A stretch of 63,080 bases of DNA, filler included, from Choristocarpus tenellus KU-1152 (GCA_964200185.2; 7 parts of 7 records of this genome joined end to end with filler, not necessarily neighbours in it), one strand, 5' to 3'. Shown: positions 1 to 14,321, numbered from the whole stretch's first letter. The notes: generated by a model from the sequence alone, not told the origin. Program-made: numbers and translations.

Positions 1-269
1 TCCTTGCCTACAGAGGGAGCGGCCCAGGCTCTCCACACAAGCCCAACCCCCCCCTCGTCCCACTGCCTCCTCCAAGCCTTCCCAATTGAGCAGAGATAGC
101 ACAAACGTTCTTGCTCGAACAGCTGAAAGAAGTAACGGTAAGATATCAGTGGTACAGTTGTGCTATCTAGTACTACGAAGTACCAGGTTCAAATTGATTC
201 ACACTTCACAAGAAATCAGTCCAAATTCAAGAACCGGGAAGGATATTAAACAATCAGAGATGTTTGAAG

Positions 270-3200
270 ATTCTTTGCACTATGATGCTTTGCACAGCTA
301 TCTCTGAGGAAGTGAGGGATGAAATAGAGGACTAGCAAGATGAGTGGTATACAGTATGACCGCGAGAGTAATCAACAACAGTAAAATAGGTGTAGCCTAT
401 ACTGCCATCAGTATACCTCATACCCTCATAGCGACCAACCGAACCCTTCTCATCAGTGGCAATTTTCAATTTTTCATCAAAATCGGCAGAGCGTATCATT
501 CTTGGTCCATGGTTTATGAGGGTTGTACAAAAATAGTCTTGAAAACATGTCATTTTGGAAATTCCATCTGACTTGCACCAGATCCAAGCATATTTGCAGA
601 GCTTTGTTGGGATCAAAAAGCAAGTATTGTTTGCTGAAGATCAACCAATGGTGACATCCAATCTTCCCTTGTCAACAGGCACACAGTACAGTCCACCTGA
701 AAAAAAAAAAGGAACTTTTCACAGTACACCTTCCAAAAATTCTGCAAACAGAATCTTTGATTCCTTTCCCTGTTCAGCTTGTAGTCTCCATATGATCTCC
801 TGCCCACCATTCCCCTACAACAGACTGGGTTCAATCACTAATTGCACCACACCTCACCAGCAAGAACCTGAGAAACTTGCATCAGGTTTTTAGTTGCTGC
901 ATTATCCCAGTCCACCCTTTTGTATGTCCTTATGTTTGCCTTGACAAATGTCTCTGCCTCCGCCATCACTTGTTCACTGTCCAAGGTTGTGTAACAATAC
1001 AACTTTGAAAGGCAAAAAACGAAAGAGGTATTCAACAAAAAATAGAAAAGTGGAAGTTGAAGAAATTATTGCATAGCACTCGTACCAACATATCCATGGT
1101 GATCATCTTGTCAAATAGTTGGACTGTTGCTAAAGCAAGTACTCTGGAATACACTTTGCAGTGCGTGTGTATGTATGTATGTATGTATGTATGTATGTAT
1201 GTATGTATGTATGTATGTATGTATGTTGTGTACATGGTTAGGTAGAGAAAAAACAGAAAAAAAGATACTGCCATGAAATTCGGTACAAGGTCAAGAGCTC
1301 CACTTAACCACAGATCAAAACCATTGGATGACAAGAGATCGACACCATCCAGATGCAAGTTGAAGACCTACAGTACAGGTAGTGCACACAACACCCATCT
1401 TTGCAGTACATGTTGCATTTTTTTTTAAATTAAAAAGCGTATTCATCTGATAAAGATCCATCAAAAAGATACTCACCACATGCATTGCATGAGTAAGGAC
1501 TGATGACACTGCACCATCCATGACTGCGCCGTTCCCATTGGCACCACACTCTGGGTTGGGTACTAGCTGGATGATCTCATGTACCTTTAACAAGGGAGCA
1601 GCAGACAGGGAGGTGAGCTGGTACTAATAGTAAATATGTATTGGGAGAGGGTACTGGTGATATCATGTAGAAAACTTGTGCAACACAGGCAGAGATAGCC
1701 CATCCCATCTTGGGCAGTGCTTCCAAGTACTGTTGCAACTGAAGTAGGTGTGGAACACTAGCATGTGATAGAAACAAAAATATATTCCTTGACACTTACA
1801 AGATAAAGTGTCTATTAACAGAAATACCTACAGGTGTTGAGATTCATCCTGGAAAAAGACTCTTGATAAAAGATGGTATTCTTATTTTTGGATATCTTAT
1901 ATATATATATATATAAGTAAATTTCTTTGCCTGTGGGGTACAGCCATGCTCTAGATGCACCATGCCATCGGAGGTCTGTTTTTGACTTGCTATAAAAAAA
2001 TAAGTATCAATATGCCTGTAATCAAACTGCTGGAGATACATCATAGAACAGAACAGAGAGAGCAAAGCAGTCGAGACAGTCGAGACCTCTAGAAAATGAA
2101 CCAATTATGGCCTTCTGCCACCATCAACAAATTAGTCAAAATATGGACCAAATTCTTGTGCATTTGTTCAATCAATGCATGTACCCTCATAGGCAGGCAG
2201 TACTTCAAAATACTCCATCAAAACAACCCCAGCACGCACCACACCACCTTTCACCCTTCAAATCAATAAGAACCCAACAAGAACTTGTCATCCCATCCAC
2301 CCACCTACCTCTTCCTCTCCCACACCACAAATTCAGGAGACATTTCTTGTTTTGCAACTATCACATAACGATCCTCTCTCTACTACAGAACACCAACGTC
2401 AACATAACACCCAAATCAACCCAACCCACCTTCCGCCCACAAGGGACTCCTTCAGTCATCTCACACTGTTGACTGTGGATGGCATCAAAATCCGATCTAG
2501 ACGATGAGGACGGTGGTGGTGGGTTCAGCAACCTACGGAGGTGGAACCGAATAAGAGCAGAGATAAAACCCGCCAACCGCTGGCGCAGGGGGGACTGTAT
2601 GATGGCAACTCCCTCCTCAGACTAGATGACACATGTGCAATAGGGAGGGATAGAGGAGAGGGGAGGGGAAGGGGGGTGGGGGGGAGGCAGGCCGGGGCGG
2701 AAGAGTTGGGTGTGCATGCCATCAGGAACATTACTTCCAAATTCAGCTTGACATATGCATCCAAGTCTCACTCGACAGTCCTGATAATCCACCGCAAAAA
2801 AAGAAAATCTGTAGAGAAGAATAATCTCCTTTATTCAATTACAAAAACAAATAAATAACCTGCAATAAACTGAGGAGGGGGCTCAGGGAGCTTCAAGCAC
2901 CTCCAGACACCAAGGGAAATCTTCTAGATTCACTCACCTATCCACTGCCCAAGTCCCCCCTTCACAAACCCTTGACCAAAAACACCCAAAAGTAGCACCA
3001 AAACCAAACCACATCAATCCTTGCCCCCATCCCCTATCCCAGTATCAAATACCCTCACCTCCTGCACCTTCCCTTCATTCACTGATCCCAGTGACCCAAC
3101 ACGCACGTCATCTCCCAACGGGCGAAGCTCCTTCAAGAGGAAGGCTGCGGCAGCACAAACCAGCCCTTTTGTTGCCTCTGGGCTTCCAATCGCACAACAA

Positions 3201-6200
3201 GCTGCTCTAACCTCCTCAGTCAGGCATGAAGTAGGGCGGGGAACAAGACCACCACCTAGATCCTCATTGGAGTCCCCCATGCTACCAAGACTGTCAAAGG
3301 ATGCAATCGTGTGTAGTCCTTGAAGGAAAAGGATCCAGGAGGAAGCAGCATGGTTGCCACCTGAATCACAGAGGAGAGATGATCGAAGGCTATCCTCCTC
3401 TTGAATCAACTTCTCCAGATGCCCAATGACCGTCTTCACTGTGTGGTGGTACAATATGATGTTACAGGGTGATAAAGAGCAGTTGCCTCTAGGCTTCCAG
3501 CCTATGTTTTTCATTTTTCTTTTTTTTATGTGGTTTGAAAGCAGCTTCTAGCCTTACTGTAATGTTTGGGGTTTGATGCCGAGTGAGGGGGGGACACCAT
3601 GAGAAAATCATGAGCTACAGACAGGGGCGAGAACACCAATATCATTCTTAAACATGAAAGCAACACATTGTGCTGAGGAAATTGTTGATGATCCTAGTGA
3701 AGAGTTAAAATCGTAACAAATGTTAGGCAAAAGAACCAATTGGTGAAACTCATTGGTGTAACTGATCGGTGTACATGATCCAAACCCAAATCAATAGGGA
3801 CAAACCAGGACTCAAGAGTAACAAATAGTCCTGTATGTTCTGAAGCACAGTCAGCAACGAATCATTTGTTCAAGGTGGAGGCTGCTGCTGGCGATGTCTA
3901 CTCTTTATGGTCATCCAACAGAGGACTGGATTTAGCAAGGTCACCACGAGGCCTGTACAACATACGACACCGAAGTATCAGAATAGAAAAAGCACTACAA
4001 ACACACATGTAGACACTCATTGTTGTTCGAGAAATTTCTATGCCACAAAAATGTTTCTAACAAATAAAATTATACCTCCAAAGACCAGAGTGTATGGTCA
4101 TTCAAATACGTCTATACTGCTAAAGAACAGTTGTTACCCTCCCACCTCACACAGTCAGAAATGGCAGCGAATGAGTACCTGGAACACAACAACAACAGCT
4201 GCCTCTGAGTATAGATCGAGTCTTCTTGCTGTTGACACCCCACAATGTCACACCTCATCCAAACACAATGATCATCCACAATGGATACATTATACAGACA
4301 AAAAAAGGTATGTACCGTCGACACAAACCATGAAGTACTTCAGTCTACAGTTTTTAACACCTATCCACTTGTAAGAGCACATAGGCTTTTGCCTCACAGC
4401 ACCCAAAGCACAGTACGTTCAAGCAATACACCTCACTTGAAATCGTGGTTGGCATAATAGACGATGCTACAAAATTAGTAACGCAATTAACCCGAACATA
4501 ACCCATCAAACAGCAAAGAATCAATCTCAAAAGGGGACAAGATAGGGGAGCAGGATTTGGGGAGGGGTAGGCACTCTTCTGTACCAACAAGCATCATCAT
4601 CAACATCATCTCACCTGGCTCGCAAGATGAAGAATCTCCATTGAAGGGCATGTCTACTGAGGAGAGGTCAAAGTGCCGGAACCTCACTCTCCTCACAGCC
4701 TTCACGCCTCCACCACTACCACCTCCAATGTCATCTCCTCCACGTCCCTTTCCCCCTTTATGATTGGAAGGATACAAGCAAAAAAGAAGTGATGAGTCAT
4801 AAAAATAAGGCCATCAGGCATGGAGGTAATCTCAGCAAGTGAGGAAGCCTTACCCAATTACCCACAATGCCATTGCCTGCACACAGGCCATGCTTGAAGC
4901 TGCTGCCAATGTTTCTGTCAGTCATTCTTTACATCGCCAATATCAATACAAAACCCTTCCCCTACCAATAGTGCAACGTAGAGATACTGCCTAACAAAAT
5001 ATCAGCACCCAGGCACTAACCAACACAATAAAGCAAACCCTGTTATCCACTTCACCTATGCCTCCAAAATAATTCAACTAACTCAGCCCCCATCCAAACC
5101 AATCCCACCTGACGCCAGCCACCTCCAGACTGCACACTAATCAACATGGGCACCCTACAATATATACTTTGTCAATAACAGCACCAGACAATCCCACACA
5201 ATGTGGACAGAGTAGAACATGTAACAGTGCAGAGGACAGAAATCCCCCTTAACACCTACTACTGCATTGGAACTCCACTTCCACCATTGCTAATACCTCC
5301 AAGGGGAAAGAGTTTGGTGTTCCTTACCCCAGCTCTTGGGTTGGTCGTCATCCGTGCCCACTCTTCCACTCTCCACGGCAGAAGCCTCAGCACTAACCAC
5401 TGCCTGCAGCAAGGGTCGAAAGAGCTCCCCAGCACCTCCAAGGGGAGTGCCAAATGCTAGCCTACCTTCACTCTCCTGACACAGCATCCAGCCCAAGTGG
5501 TGAGGGGAAAGAACGAGGTAAGAGGGGGGAAGGTGGAAAGTTACAGAACAAAAGGTTAAAACACTGCGAGGGGTGATAAATTGTACTCTTCAGCACTGCA
5601 ATCCTACCAGCAGAAAAGGGAAGATCACTTCCTCAACCTACACAATCATACAGTTGAGTAAAACACAGTGCCGTGCAGATGGAGAGCCGGAGAGATGGCA
5701 CAATCCTTCCATCAACTGTCTCTACAAGACAGCTCAGTGTGCCAACAACAACTGGACTTAGGCCCCCTGCAAAAAAAAAGAAAAAGATAGCCCCCAAGCC
5801 CTTAAGACCTTGACATTACATCACGTCTTCCACTATCTCTCAGTCGACATCACCAGATCATATCAGGTCAGGTCAGGTCACCCTGTTCCCACACAACCAA
5901 TCCATCTCCCCCCCCATGCAACCCACCTTCTCAGCCAACATGAGTGCAGCTGCCAGCACCCCTGCCGAAACACCCCCCGGTACATGCACCTGACTGAACC
6001 ACGTCCGAGCAAGGGTCTCCACATCTGAAGAGCAAACACTGGAGATTATGTTTGAGCTAAGTGGTGTCACCCCATAGTATTCCTGCACCATCTCCATTCT
6101 TCCGCTTGAACTTCTTACTTCCACTCCCCGCAACTTGGCTCCAAACAAGCCACCTGCCCCAGCATCTTTATCACAGGTTTGCACAGAAGACATGGGGTCA

Positions 6201-9200
6201 ACAGGTGGAGATTCGCCTGTAGGAGGGTGTTAGTTGGGTTAGGACAACAGCATAAATCATGGTCAACTCATCTAGAGCTCTTCACCTTAGCTGCTATGCC
6301 CTTGGAGAAGTGCACACAAAACGTGGACCAACACATGTACCCAGTCCATAGGGAGCGTTTGCCTACCTCACCTTACCTGGTAGATAACAGCAACGTCTCG
6401 TTTCAGTAACTCTGAGACAAAAATGCTCTCCTGAAGGGGAAGAAATGCCATATATCACTCCCACAATAAATTTTTAAAGGTTCCAATGAAAAACTGACCA
6501 GGTACCGGAACTAACAAACTCCACACAATTAATTCAAAAAAACTCTCAAAACAAGGGGGGGGTTAACATCTCAAATCCCCGAATTGTGCCACTATAGTGT
6601 GGTGTCCTACCAATTCATCCTGTCTAGATGGACTCTGAAATGTGGAAAATATGTATCACGTAAGATATCATTCATCAAAGAATTCTTATCCACAGTGGCC
6701 ATGTGGAGTAGATTGAGGAGTGATAAAAATAGATGGAATAATACTCACTCGCAGGGGGGGGGGGGGGGTGGAGTGGGGTACAATCATCTGTCATACTAAA
6801 CACACATCATTGTACAACCACATAGAATACAAATTTGACAACAGCCATCCCCCCTCCCCAGAAGGATATGACAATTTGCACACACGTTGAGTATCACCAC
6901 TAACGCCTGCCCCCAAACACACCCCAGCTCCACCTGGATTCTCACTCTCTCTGGCACCATCGAGATTTTTATCAACCCCATCACACCCCTTGGATTTCCT
7001 CCTGGTGTTGGGGGTAGCTGTACGGGCCCTCTTCTTAGGCATGGAGGACCTTGCCAGTTCCTGTGTGAGAGCATCGTCATCTTTTCCAACAGACCCCTTG
7101 CAGACAGATGCATGATCAACACGCGCCCTGGGCAATGGAGAGGGTAAACGTGAAAATAATTCACATGTATCTATATCTATATCTATATCTATATCTACGG
7201 TACTCCACAACAACAACAAAAAATGATACGGAATATATAATTATATTAATGAAGTCAGCAGGTCCTATCACAAACATACTGTACTTCTGCTACAAGTGCA
7301 ACAACAAAGTGTAGCATTGAAAAAGGACACCCAATTAAATGTCGTTGAAGGATGGAGAAAAGAAGCGAGAAGAGTAGAGCAGGCCAAGATCAAACACCTT
7401 TAAACAGGAACCACAGCAACTACGCCGTACAGAGACCTTGTGATCTTGGGAGGGGAACAGTGCAGAAGAAATGAGATGGGGAGACTCACTTTGGGCTAGT
7501 CTTCCGGGATGCTTCCTCCCTCGTAAAGAGTCCCTTCTGTGCTCGACTTCTCCCCTGCCAATTACCACCCCGCCCGTCAAAGGAATCGACAACCCCAGGT
7601 TTCCCTGCGCAGCTTTGCCTCTCTTTGTTGAACCCACATTCATCCAGATCATCTTCATCCAAGCCAGGACTACTTCTGGTCCCGGAGCTAAGTGTGGGAA
7701 TTGGACTGCGAGCCACTTCATCACCTCCTGACCAATCCTTACTCTCAAGATTTATGGACCCGGTAGACAAACCACCTCCTTTCCCCACGCATATACTATT
7801 CAGGGTACTCTTAATGGTGGGCAGATGCCACAGGGTCTCTCCTACACCAGCAGAATCATCCTCAGGATGCGCCCCCATCACCAACAGTCCCTCCTCACCA
7901 CCTCCACCGTACTCCTCAGTAGAAGGGGGCATTGGGACCTCCACACAGGTGCCCTTGGCTTCATCATTCATTGAATTACTAGGAATGGGTGCTGACCCAG
8001 TCCCCCATTTCCCTACAGGTTCCTCCAGTTTTCGCTCTTTCACTACCTCTGTCACACCATTGATTGAGAACAATGATTTCCTCTTCCTCCCAGACCGCCG
8101 GACACTGACCCCAGCATCCAGAATATGACTGTTGGAAAAATATGATGCTCTGTCCCTTGGTAGTTCATCAACAGAACCACCTAAGCAGCACCCAAAACCA
8201 TCAGTGAACTGACCAGGGGGCACGAAAACCTCCCCAACAATGCCATCACCACCACCACCACCACTGCACTCATTCTGTCCTACCTCCAGCATCTCCTCAG
8301 TCCCACCTTGTGAAGGCAGAGTAATGTTTCCCACCTTCTTTTCCAAGGCAAGCACCCCAGATGCACCCACACAGCTACAAGTTATCGCCTTATCTATGGA
8401 CAATTGCTCAGTTCCCTTGTCTAGGTCAGCAGAATCTGTGGTCCTAGCCACTAGGAACAATGGAGCCCCTTCTGTATGGTCAGTCTCATTTGCCTTGGAC
8501 TCTTCAGCCTTCTCTGGCACACTACTACTATTATGTAGCATGGCTTTGAGTGTGGACCTCCTTCGCCTACTAGATCGCCGTATATTGACTACATGACCAG
8601 AACCCTCAACGGCACCATGTGTTCCCTCATTTGATAGCAATCCATCCCCTGCCCAATTGCAGAGTCCCAGCTCCTCAGTCAGGAAAGGGGAGGGCATTGG
8701 AACCTCCTTTACAATGTCTCCATCCTTCGAGGGATCCACCCCTTCCCCTGATAGTGCTGCCCCAACCTCTTCTGTATGCACTGCCTCCACTGATGCTTCT
8801 ACCTCTTGAGCCACTTTCAGAGCCAAAACCCTTGACGTCTGGCGACCCACTGACTTCCTCCTGCCAGAGCGTCGATGATGCCCAACATTCATGACTGAGT
8901 CTGGAGCACTTGTGACTTGTGCCACCACATCAGTTGCCAACGGCAGGCTCTCTATTCCACAAGGGTTAAAAGCACAATCTACAGTGGCTGGAGGCATGGC
9001 AACCTCTGCTACAAAAGAGACATCCTCACCATCTCCACTACCCGCTGTCATCCCTGCGATAGAACAAGCCTTATGTGCGGTCACAATGCCTCCTTTATCC
9101 TCTCCTTCCTCAACTGCAGTGTCCACATCATTGGTCAGGCAGTGCAACCCTGCCCTTGTCCTGCCAGATCGCCTCACACCACTCGCAAGGTGGCCTTGGG

Positions 9201-11519
9201 CCTTAGGAGTACGTGGCACCCTGGTGACAAGCACCTCTTTCCTCTCTTTGCAAAGTACATCGCTTTCTGCTCCGGGAGGAAGCAAGGGCTCTGCATTAAT
9301 GCAGACATCACCTCGCTTTCCATCGGTCTTGCCCACTCCCAGCCCTGATTGAGCACACTGTTCAGATGTCACCTTGGCCACCTCTGCTAGTGCAAGGTCT
9401 GAGGCAGCATCACCATAAACAACAGATCTCCTCCTACGAGAACGCCGCACACCAGATGGAGCACCCATGACATGTACCGTTCCAGTCACTGGTGTCTTCA
9501 CTCCTATCAATGATCCACAGAACCCATCAATGCAGTCTGCAGATAGGGGTAGAAATGGTGCTTGCCTGCTGCTGCCTTCATGGGTGCCTGGTGCTACCCT
9601 TCCTCGAGGCACTGACAACTGAGTTTTCGCTGCCGACACTGCCATTGCCTCCTCCTCTGCTGCATTCATGGCATTACTTCCAGTGGTTGAATCTTGGTAT
9701 GTACTCTCATTTCCAATACTGCACAATTCTCTGGTAGGGTTAGGCTCACTCACTTGGTCTGGTACCTCAGGTGTCACCTTAGCACTTTGGACAATCTTAG
9801 ATGGCATTGGAGTCTTGGCTTCCTCAGCAGTCCTGGAGGGGAAAAAATTCACCAGCTTGGACGACCTCACCCTTCTCTTGGCACCACCATCACAGGTCCT
9901 TCCACGTCCTCTTTCTCCCTTAGGATAGGTCTCAGCAGCTCTATTTTTTGTAGGGTGTGCTGCAACCACTCTTTCCAAGGACCTTGCCTGAGTTAAGACA
10001 GGTTGGTGATCGGGCTGAAGTTGCTCCACTTCATCATCAAAAGTGTAGCCAGTGAGGTCAGCATCAGTCATAGTAGGAGGGTCAATGTTTGGTGACTGAA
10101 AAATAGCTCTCAGATCCAAGCCCAAGCTATGCCCGGTCACATCACTGAAGATTTCAGCAAACCCAGATAAGAACTTTGCAAGGTCAGCTTTTCTATCTCG
10201 ACAAGAATCCAAAGTCTCTTTTGTCACCTGTGCTACTCTTTCATGAGGACTATTCCCATTGGATGCTCCATTCCCTGCACAACATTCAACGGTAGCCCCA
10301 CCATTGTTTTCTACTCCCCACGTTGGTTCCACTCCACACGTTTGTACCACCAGGTCTATCAACCTGGTTACCAGATCATTATTGGCAACAGCTCTTGCTG
10401 CTTTAATTGAAGTTTGGGCCACGGCTTGCACCTCGGAGACTCGACGATCCGCATCGGTCCTTGCTGCTGCTACTTTAGAGGCAACGGAGCACTCCAACTC
10501 TGTCTTTGCCTGTTTTAGACTTCCTACCTCTGCTCTTGACTGTGCCAAACTCTCCAAAAGGCTACAAGCAACCAAAAGAGCAAAGGGCAGAGAAATGAAT
10601 GAGATCAGAGTTAGTCTTGCCTGCTATGAACATGGTGCATCCATGATAAACCGAAGCAAAATATGGGTGTCTACGGGAAGGGGACTGAAATAGTGAGAAG
10701 AATGATTGCCCACCCCACAGCCCAGAAGATGTACAAAAAGGGCCTGAGTCCACCCCGCGAGCTACTGCAGAGGAATTGATTCTCGTCGAACCATTGCAAC
10801 AAGCACGGGTTGAATGATACGCAGCATGGTAAGTTGAGTACCTGTTTTTATCGGCGTTGAGTGCGACAGATATATTGGTGGCCCTTGCTTCCGCTCTTTC
10901 TGCCATCTCCTTGAGTTCACTGTTCTCACGGAAGAGAACCTGGCTTTGTGCTTTTAATCGCTGGTAATTCAAGGATAGGCGATGATTAAGCTCGGTCATG
11001 CTGACATTCGAAGCGGGTCTTGGTGTTCCTAGCGGGGCTGTCAAAGAAGCAGTGGCCTGAGGATGGGGGCGAGCATTAGCGCGTCAGATTATCTGATAAT
11101 AAATTTTATCCCACAGCTAGAGGTATCAAGGTAGAGTGTAGATATAGGGTGGACGTGGCAAAGGAGATGTAGAACGTAGGCAGTCATGCGCTAGACAGTG
11201 CACCCAACGCCAACTAAGTGCCGAGCAATCGCCACTGTCATCACCTTGGGTCACTGACCTTGAATAGAGCTTGGTTATTGTGAGTAATGCCGATCTTCTT
11301 GCTAAGAGGAGTCATCGTCACAGCTGGAGGATCATTCTCGTCACGTAGAGGGTCTTTGGCGGGGACATCTGTACCAGGTGGAGCACTTGCTGGACTACAT
11401 GGTCGGACTACATCCTTGAAAGGAAAAAAATCCCTGTTTGGAGGTAGGAAAGCTTTTCCGGAACCCTCAAGCTGCACACCTACATCTATAGTATTGCTTG
11501 TGCGCAAGGGCGCATCCAT
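270..11519 (-). CDS. Large multi-exon gene of unknown function (N-terminal coiled coil, long low-complexity exon with RRSxR repeats, many small downstream exons); 3' extent uncertain
   Basis: ATG at 11519 (MDAPLRTS...). In-frame GT-AG joins of exons 11519-11259, 11056-10842 (coiled coil ELNHRLSLNYQRLKAQSQVLFRENSELKEM) and 10561-~7490 (1029-aa ORF). Further minus-strand exon-like segments flanked by splice signals near 7100-6870, 6030-5925, 5460-5325, 4680-4500, 4435-4365, 3320-3060, 1370-1275 and 1000-880. Splicing below 7490 was not fully resolved, so more than one gene is possible. Confidence 0.6.
1170..1224. repeat. (TATG)n microsatellite
   Basis: Perfect tetranucleotide run, probably intronic. 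Confidence 0.95.
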
Positions 11520-11719
11520 TGACGTGGTAGACCGATGAACGCCAAGCACTACTTAATACAATGTGATAGTAACCAACACAAAGATCAACGACAAATTTGA
11601 GGAGAAACAGACCGCGAAAAAGAAAGGATCCTGCGCGCGGAAGTCTGATACCGCGAACAAAATATATTTATTGTTTATTGTATTTTATATGTGAATCATG
11701 TGATTCTGTGAATAGTTTG

Positions 11720-11761
11720 TGTGCTTCGCACGCGTGAGTTCGAACCTCACCGATATCGCCA
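11720..11761 (+). pseudogene. tRNA-Ser-like 3' half with encoded CCA (orphan fragment)
   Basis: Variable-arm hairpin GTGC-TTC-GCAC, T-arm GTGAG-TTCGAAC-CTCAC, acceptor 3' strand CGATATC, discriminator G, then CCA. No matching 5' half seen nearby. Confidence 0.7.
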
Positions 11762-13099
11762 ATGTCAATCGTGTGATTCTGTGCCAGCATGGTTCACTCA
11801 GACAAGGGTGGCGAAGAGAATCACCGGGCAAGGCGGACCAGATGAACAAAGACGAACCGTAACCGAGAATACGAGGTTAAGGTTGGACAAGTAAAAATCG
11901 AGGAGCGATGAGCATGTTCAGAGATGGGGCTTCATCACCACAAGTCAAGACGTGAGAACAAAGTGAATCTTTCATGTGTTAGAATGTCGAGCTGTCCCAA
12001 GTCTGTGGGATTGGTCTCATGAAGAGATTCCATGGTTTCATTTTGACGGAAGGTCCACCAGTGGAATCATGGATGCTTGACGAGAAACCTCAATCGGTGC
12101 AACAGTATGACAGTATGACGGTGTATATTGCATACGGCAATGACGGTATAACAACAGACAAACATGTTTTCCACATATATATACTTACTAATACTAATTA
12201 TGCGAAGTGGTGTAACCACAACTCCAAATTCACCTTCACCTAACAAAATATCATGATCAACTTGTAACTCCCACACACAACATACGTTCAAACCACGCCC
12301 TTCTTCTAAGGCTCTATGTATCACATCGCCAATCTCGTAGTTTCAATACCTTACCCTCTCTATATTGAAACTACGAGCAAGGTCAGCCCACCTAATTGTT
12401 ACGCGGTGTGACTCCAGTATACTAACACAGGATTGAAGTAATTCTATCGAAGTGAGGAGATTTGGCTTTGTTTTGTGTGTTTCTTTTGTTCCATAATAGC
12501 ATAAATTAATGTGGGCTACTATCACATTTGTTTCCGCTGATTAACTACACATTTCTACTTTTTTGTATTGAAACTTCTATTTATATCACCACCACTACTA
12601 CTACTAAGCTAAAGTAAACGAGAGTATCCAGCTTTCGGCGGTTTTGCATTATAAGACAGTTTTTCAATATCTTGCAATTTACCCATTCTCTAAAGTGTTA
12701 AGTCTTGGCTTGAAAAAGTTGATTTCTGGGCTGCTTTAATTTTTTTGACAGGATTCAGAAAAATTCCAATACGCATTTGTGACAAAGTCGAATTTTGCAC
12801 ATATTTTCCAGCATCCTTAAAATGTAAACTCACTGATACTACGACTACTACTACTCCTACCCTGACACAACAAACTTGCTTAGTTAATTTATGTCATTCT
12901 CACACCCCTACAAACATACGCTGTTGGACTACCAATAGTAAATTACTGCACAAACCACAAATCACATCATAAAATAAATATATTGGTATGCTTTACCCCG
13001 CCTAATAACCCCTCTCTCTCCCAAACGTGTCTAATGTACAAGGTATGATATTTTATGAAAACCATATTTTATAGACATACACAAAATGATGTGCAAGGC

Positions 13100-13320
13100 A
13101 TCATCACACGTACATGCCATGACACGAAAGATAGGTTGGTGGATGGCAATACAGGACGGCATTTCCTATCTCCCTTCATTTTATTCGTCAGGGGTTGAAC
13201 CTTGACCAGGGAACCATAGCTATTTGTGAGGGGAATGTTGTGCCTACGTTGGCGGACAATTATATCTTGCGGTATATGTTTGCCTCTGTTGATGTGGCCT
13301 ACTGGACAGCTCTTACGGTC
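13100..13320 (-). pseudogene. Possible degraded PIF1/Helitron-type helicase C-terminal fragment
   Basis: IVRQRRHNIPLTNSYGSLVKVQ...LSFVSWHVRV loosely resembles the PIF1 motifs RxQxPLxxAYAxTxHKxQG...YVALSRV; very degenerate. Confidence 0.25.
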
Positions 13321-13795
13321 CCCCTGATGTGGACACCAACACAGTGAACAGAGGCAAAGTGATTGCATTTTCTTGTGGCATCATCCATGCACCTCCTCCT
13401 GCGTACATGAGTGAAAACCCTGCACGAAATTAGTGGTGGCAAGTTTTATGCAACATGATGGTGCAACATACGCAGGGTTGCCATGCATGTTACTTTTACA
13501 ACAACATACACATAATTGTATTATCTCTTACAATATTTCTAACCCTAACCCAAGTACGCTAATTTGATGGTAGTGCCTCCTAGTACTACATATTGCCACA
13601 AGGTCTATCATGAATGCCAATAACTATTGTAATGAGTTCATTTCAACAAGAGGGATTTCCTTCACTGTAGATGACAACTACCTGTTGTTTTTGTTGTAGT
13701 TGTAAACTACAAAATTTGCTACAACCAAATAGTCAGTATACTCAAAGCACAGTGATAAGATCCCTAGTTGGTGTTTCATCTTACAAGTGGAGGTT

Positions 13796-14051
13796 TAGTG
13801 GAAGTATGTTAGAGGGTACGAGTTTTGCCCTATTTGTCCGTTTGGGACTTGGCTTCCCATAGTTTTTGAGACATTTTCCCCACTCCGAAATATTTCAGAG
13901 TAGGTAAAATGTGTATGTTATGAAAAGGTGTGTCCGAACAAGGATATTGATACCTCCTAACAAATATGATAACCAAAATTACATCAAAATCGCAACATTG
14001 GATTTTGGTCCCCAAACGGACGTCGCTCTACCCTCTAATATACTTGGACTC
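13796..14051 (+). mobile_element. MITE family 1 copy (~256 bp), TSD GGTT
   Basis: TIR (G/T)AGTG(A/G)AAGTAT(C/G)TTAGAGGGTA...TACCCTCTAA(G/T)ATACTT(T/G)G(G/A)CTC; GGTT on both flanks. Confidence 0.9.
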
Positions 14052-14321
14052 GGTTGTCTTCCAGAATTGCTCACCACAGTGATGGAAAGTAACCCAACAG
14101 TAACTGGACTCCGAGTAGTACTGGTAGTACTAGTCTGCATGGGAGGGAGGGGCAGGAAATTAACAACCTATTGACACAAGCGGGCATTTCAGCCTAGAAT
14201 GGTATTCTTACACAAAGATACTATCGTATCGTGAAGTAGGCCTTTGGTTCTCCTAATAGATCTCTGTTTTTCCACTAGTAGTCCCTCCATCTGTCATATG
14301 AATATGCAATGTTGTTCTCCT

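Noticed and set aside
7625-10693. Several plus-strand ORFs of 80-170 aa
   Set aside because: Antisense shadows of the long minus-strand exon
10842-11056. Shugoshin or CENP-C assignment for the large minus-strand gene
   Set aside because: A coiled coil and RRSxR motifs are present, but neither the SGO motif (YxEPxLxxKLR) nor the CENP-C PLxYW was seen
13539-13551. CTAACCCTAACCC telomere-like motif
   Set aside because: Only two units; insufficient evidence
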